Shown: in pieces, positions 62,501-64,000 of the stretch | Layout: every line of letters starts with the position of its first letter | How positions within the stretch are numbered: position 1 is the first letter of the stretch | Virus record (IMG/VR): IMGVR_UViG_3300021255_000123 | Span: 1 to 64,000 of that record | Reading direction: 5' to 3' (one strand) | DNA from: a virus | Lineage: Duplodnaviria; Caudoviricetes | Length of the DNA stretch: 64,000 nt | Position numbers and translations under genes: made by a program | The notes under the pieces: generated by a model | The model's input: the letters and a program-made list of their open reading frames with translations, nothing else | The model's database searches: none | What the model was told of the DNA's origin: nothing

Positions 62501-64000
62501 CGAACTTGATAACAACGAAATCTGGGAGAGCAACGAAGATGGCAATACAAGTGGTGAGTATAAACATCCGTATTTCTTTGCCAAACTTCGTCCAATGGGG
62601 TTCAATATCTTCGACCTCGCATTGCAGGATGAAATGATACTCTCGATGACTACTGGCCATTGTGGAGCCTGTAACTTTAAGATTGCTGTCGATGAGAATA
62701 CAAAGAAGAATCCTGTTCAGATTTGGGAGTATGATGTGTATGGAGGTTCCACTTATGAGACCAAGGGTGTCAAGCTATATTCTGCCGGCGAATTGCGCAG
62801 GGTCATTATTAGCAGAGGTCTTCATTACGATACCGATGGAACTTCCGATGGTTATATACTTGTCGATTTTAATCCGAATGCACTGACTACCGGGTTCCTA
62901 GTTGATAGAGAAAGTACAGGGAGCGCAAGAAGTAGACGTTTTGAAAGAACAACATATACCGCAGAAGAGGTTACTAATGGCCGTGTTGGTTCTTTGAAGC
63001 TTTCTCCAAAGAAGGCTTTTGAGGGCGATGTTATGACGAGCGGTAAGTTTATTGATAGCCAGCAAGACACTTCGGAAGGATTTGTGTGGATTGCTCTCTA
63101 CAAAGATACAGAGACCTATGGTGCCCTTATGCCGTCCGCACAGCCGGATTATGGCGACGACAACTATAGCCACTATATTGACCCCAAGGGACACATCTAT
63201 ACAGACAGAAAAACTGGTTTGACTGAGGTGTTGGAGGACGATGAGGCTGATAAATTTGTTTTGACAAATATCAGGCTCCCTCAGGCATATCTCCGTAGAG
63301 CCGAACGCGACCTGTCTCGTAGGATTATAGCCTACATGTACGACAATAATTATCAGAAGTTTAACTTCTCGATAAAGTTTAGCCGCATCTATCTTGCTGA
63401 GAATGATACCATCGAGGGTAACTTGAATGAAAATTCCGTGTTGTATGTAACGTTTAACAATAAGATTTACAGGCAGTACGCTAAACACTACACTTATAGA
63501 ATGGTGCATGATGCAGCTTTACCTGAGATTAGTGTGGAAATGAACGAGGAACTTTCTGTTTCTCGCACATCCATTGAGCAACAGGCTGCTCTACAAGCGC
63601 AAGCCACGTCGAATAACAATAGGCGTTGGCGCAGAGAGTTGAATGAGGAGATAGCCGGAGTCAGAAGAATAACTATTGGACGTGGTGAGGATGTCGTTAT
63701 TAGCGGAAATATCTTTAGCAGAGATAGCCGTACATCCATAAGAGATTTGGCTAAAGAACGCGAGATAGATGTTGGCGACCTAAATTTGAGACATTTCTCC
63801 ATGGATGACTTTACGCTGTTTAACGGAACAGACCTTCGTATTGGAGAGAAGGTGTATCTGCCAACATCGTTCAAGCGCGGTGGCCGTATTATCAAGAGAA
63901 GATGGGATGCCACATCTGGAACATTTGTCGAGGACAATAACGAGACATTTGCACCAGCATTTATTGATAAATCTGCTACTCTCAGGAAGTTGGTTGATTA
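59556..64000 (+). CDS. Large tail (baseplate hub / host-recognition) protein, partial, at least 1481 aa
   Basis: Frame checked by hand at the start, around 61440 and at the window end, and absent from the ORF track as expected for an ORF with no stop; IITRITGVGSEENIPWYYPNP and PRLMP motifs. Confidence 0.8.
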   Translation, partial: MKERFLTVLVPIKDSDATTVTTLPAVSPDNINVIYKHEGVYKRVWLNPATNQYEYHEVVDREFPYLGKPLEIFDFTYDATRMGPAPTITAQGVMWFADKDADGNDVTLESLWQQECHVSFNGENFYLKQIPTSSKSNEDARYKYDIDFVSERAVLERVYLYDVVQPFVSSKPISESAQFSFYGDITELAKRINASLLRSGLATIALRSGVTPGSYLTYEEFNSVGLGTYTGTKDTSDPYPIVPGEMQTYIHYPHANIYEHFGGNYTLYLLNRVYLVDNPVSYHVGPSDSGYDVITDGDPRLSGYKCLIGKDKKGVMTTSEEKLITFENNTIHEALQQFHDTFELQYYIYRDTDSNGDFTGDTIIMVADCQHDFADWDATAASGEGDYTRDSDGIPTTTHPFDYGVEDALLSKEKTNTTDKIITRITGVGSEENIPWYYPNPNADGWIRPLYKTNGEEQPVTINYPTSEGTSVAESVRYEKFLKNRIGDVFQFGKKICSVNKKASLVSKFSTYTSYVDETSARLCYDFTLSYDARVKSDGFSLNDLSESSITYYLFKGTTNVTASGNAFLINGGSGTLTAGDYHLIINITFSGTGPTPVTSVTKYYYPAKNRICGWIDTFGFGNLNGALAMGLGLLAIATVISDLCTGGFACHLPSFFSTNPNLTWNNSPDGSKMGWYDGNRRIAISEMEFCEANSETYAFMGGSGAKTLGVDDVYKVTCDNDTWVSSYNLQLKGVQWDDWYDIYCLYMDWVNGMRDSRRSATSVEEVDVSVDSFVNNNVVFGLTGYLADGWYKNNKKYALADFGITNESTLNQTADVFDTIEFQRIKYVTPQPRLMPEVYIKTDGERRFYNAHNYYVNGDLLNGTADPMIGEVQTGTKVRNPLYKEKGTDADNKHYQFENEYVQIMPHEHIEEFDDVKPTIKGQQSYIRTYPTEDDFYVDPTTFYIKSNGQYTQCTSSTTYSDTTAYYRLVRIDIVEEFAFDELDNNEIWESNEDGNTSGEYKHPYFFAKLRPMGFNIFDLALQDEMILSMTTGHCGACNFKIAVDENTKKNPVQIWEYDVYGGSTYETKGVKLYSAGELRRVIISRGLHYDTDGTSDGYILVDFNPNALTTGFLVDRESTGSARSRRFERTTYTAEEVTNGRVGSLKLSPKKAFEGDVMTSGKFIDSQQDTSEGFVWIALYKDTETYGALMPSAQPDYGDDNYSHYIDPKGHIYTDRKTGLTEVLEDDEADKFVLTNIRLPQAYLRRAERDLSRRIIAYMYDNNYQKFNFSIKFSRIYLAENDTIEGNLNENSVLYVTFNNKIYRQYAKHYTYRMVHDAALPEISVEMNEELSVSRTSIEQQAALQAQATSNNNRRWRRELNEEIAGVRRITIGRGEDVVISGNIFSRDSRTSIRDLAKEREIDVGDLNLRHFSMDDFTLFNGTDLRIGEKVYLPTSFKRGGRIIKRRWDATSGTFVEDNNETFAPAFIDKSATLRKLVD

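Noticed and set aside
1-64000. Stop-codon reassignment (TAG/TGA recoding)
   Set aside because: Long structural and replication genes are intact in code 11, several end in TAG or TGA with coupled downstream starts, and no suppressor tRNA is seen.
1-64000. CRISPR array, integrase/att site, reverse transcriptase, retron
   Set aside because: No repeat-spacer periodicity and no recombinase or YADD-type RT motifs in any listed ORF; such genes may lie outside the window.

Overview
The whole window is part of a tailed dsDNA phage genome with siphovirus-type morphogenesis genes. The host is most likely Bacteroidota: TAnnTTTG/TTTG promoters recur, SD sequences are weak or absent, and DUF3127-, DUF5675- and u-spanin-type genes are present. 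Layout: (1) 1-30.6 kb is mostly minus strand. It holds replication and nucleotide genes (primase-helicase, replication initiator, ThyX, Rad50/SMC-like ATPase, AAA ATPase, clamp-like protein), an HsdM-like protein and about 25 small early ORFs, interrupted by a five-gene plus-strand island at 15.3-17.9 kb. (2) A strand switch at about 31 kb has odd base composition, two perfect parS palindromes, short TATTCG repeats and a possible genome end. (3) 31.2-39.1 kb is plus strand, with small genes, two NUMOD4-HNH endonucleases, tRNA-Met, an anticodon-less tRNA-like element and a structured non-coding region. (4) A minus-strand packaging operon has an intein-containing TerL, a probable TerS, portal, thioredoxin and a lipoprotein. 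(5) 45.2-64 kb is a plus-strand head, tail and lysis module ending in a tail protein that runs off the window. No integrase, reverse transcriptase, ParA/ParB or CRISPR array is visible. Best leads: phage-borne chromosomal-type parS sites with no ParB in the window; a tRNA mimic with compensatory elbow changes and a GAAA-capped extension in place of the anticodon loop; a stand-alone CLec gene with a DGR variable-region signature; the Gly/Gln/Cys3 five-gene island; and a methyltransferase-like protein lacking its catalytic motif. All annotation is by eye and motif recognition; no database searches or folding programs were run.
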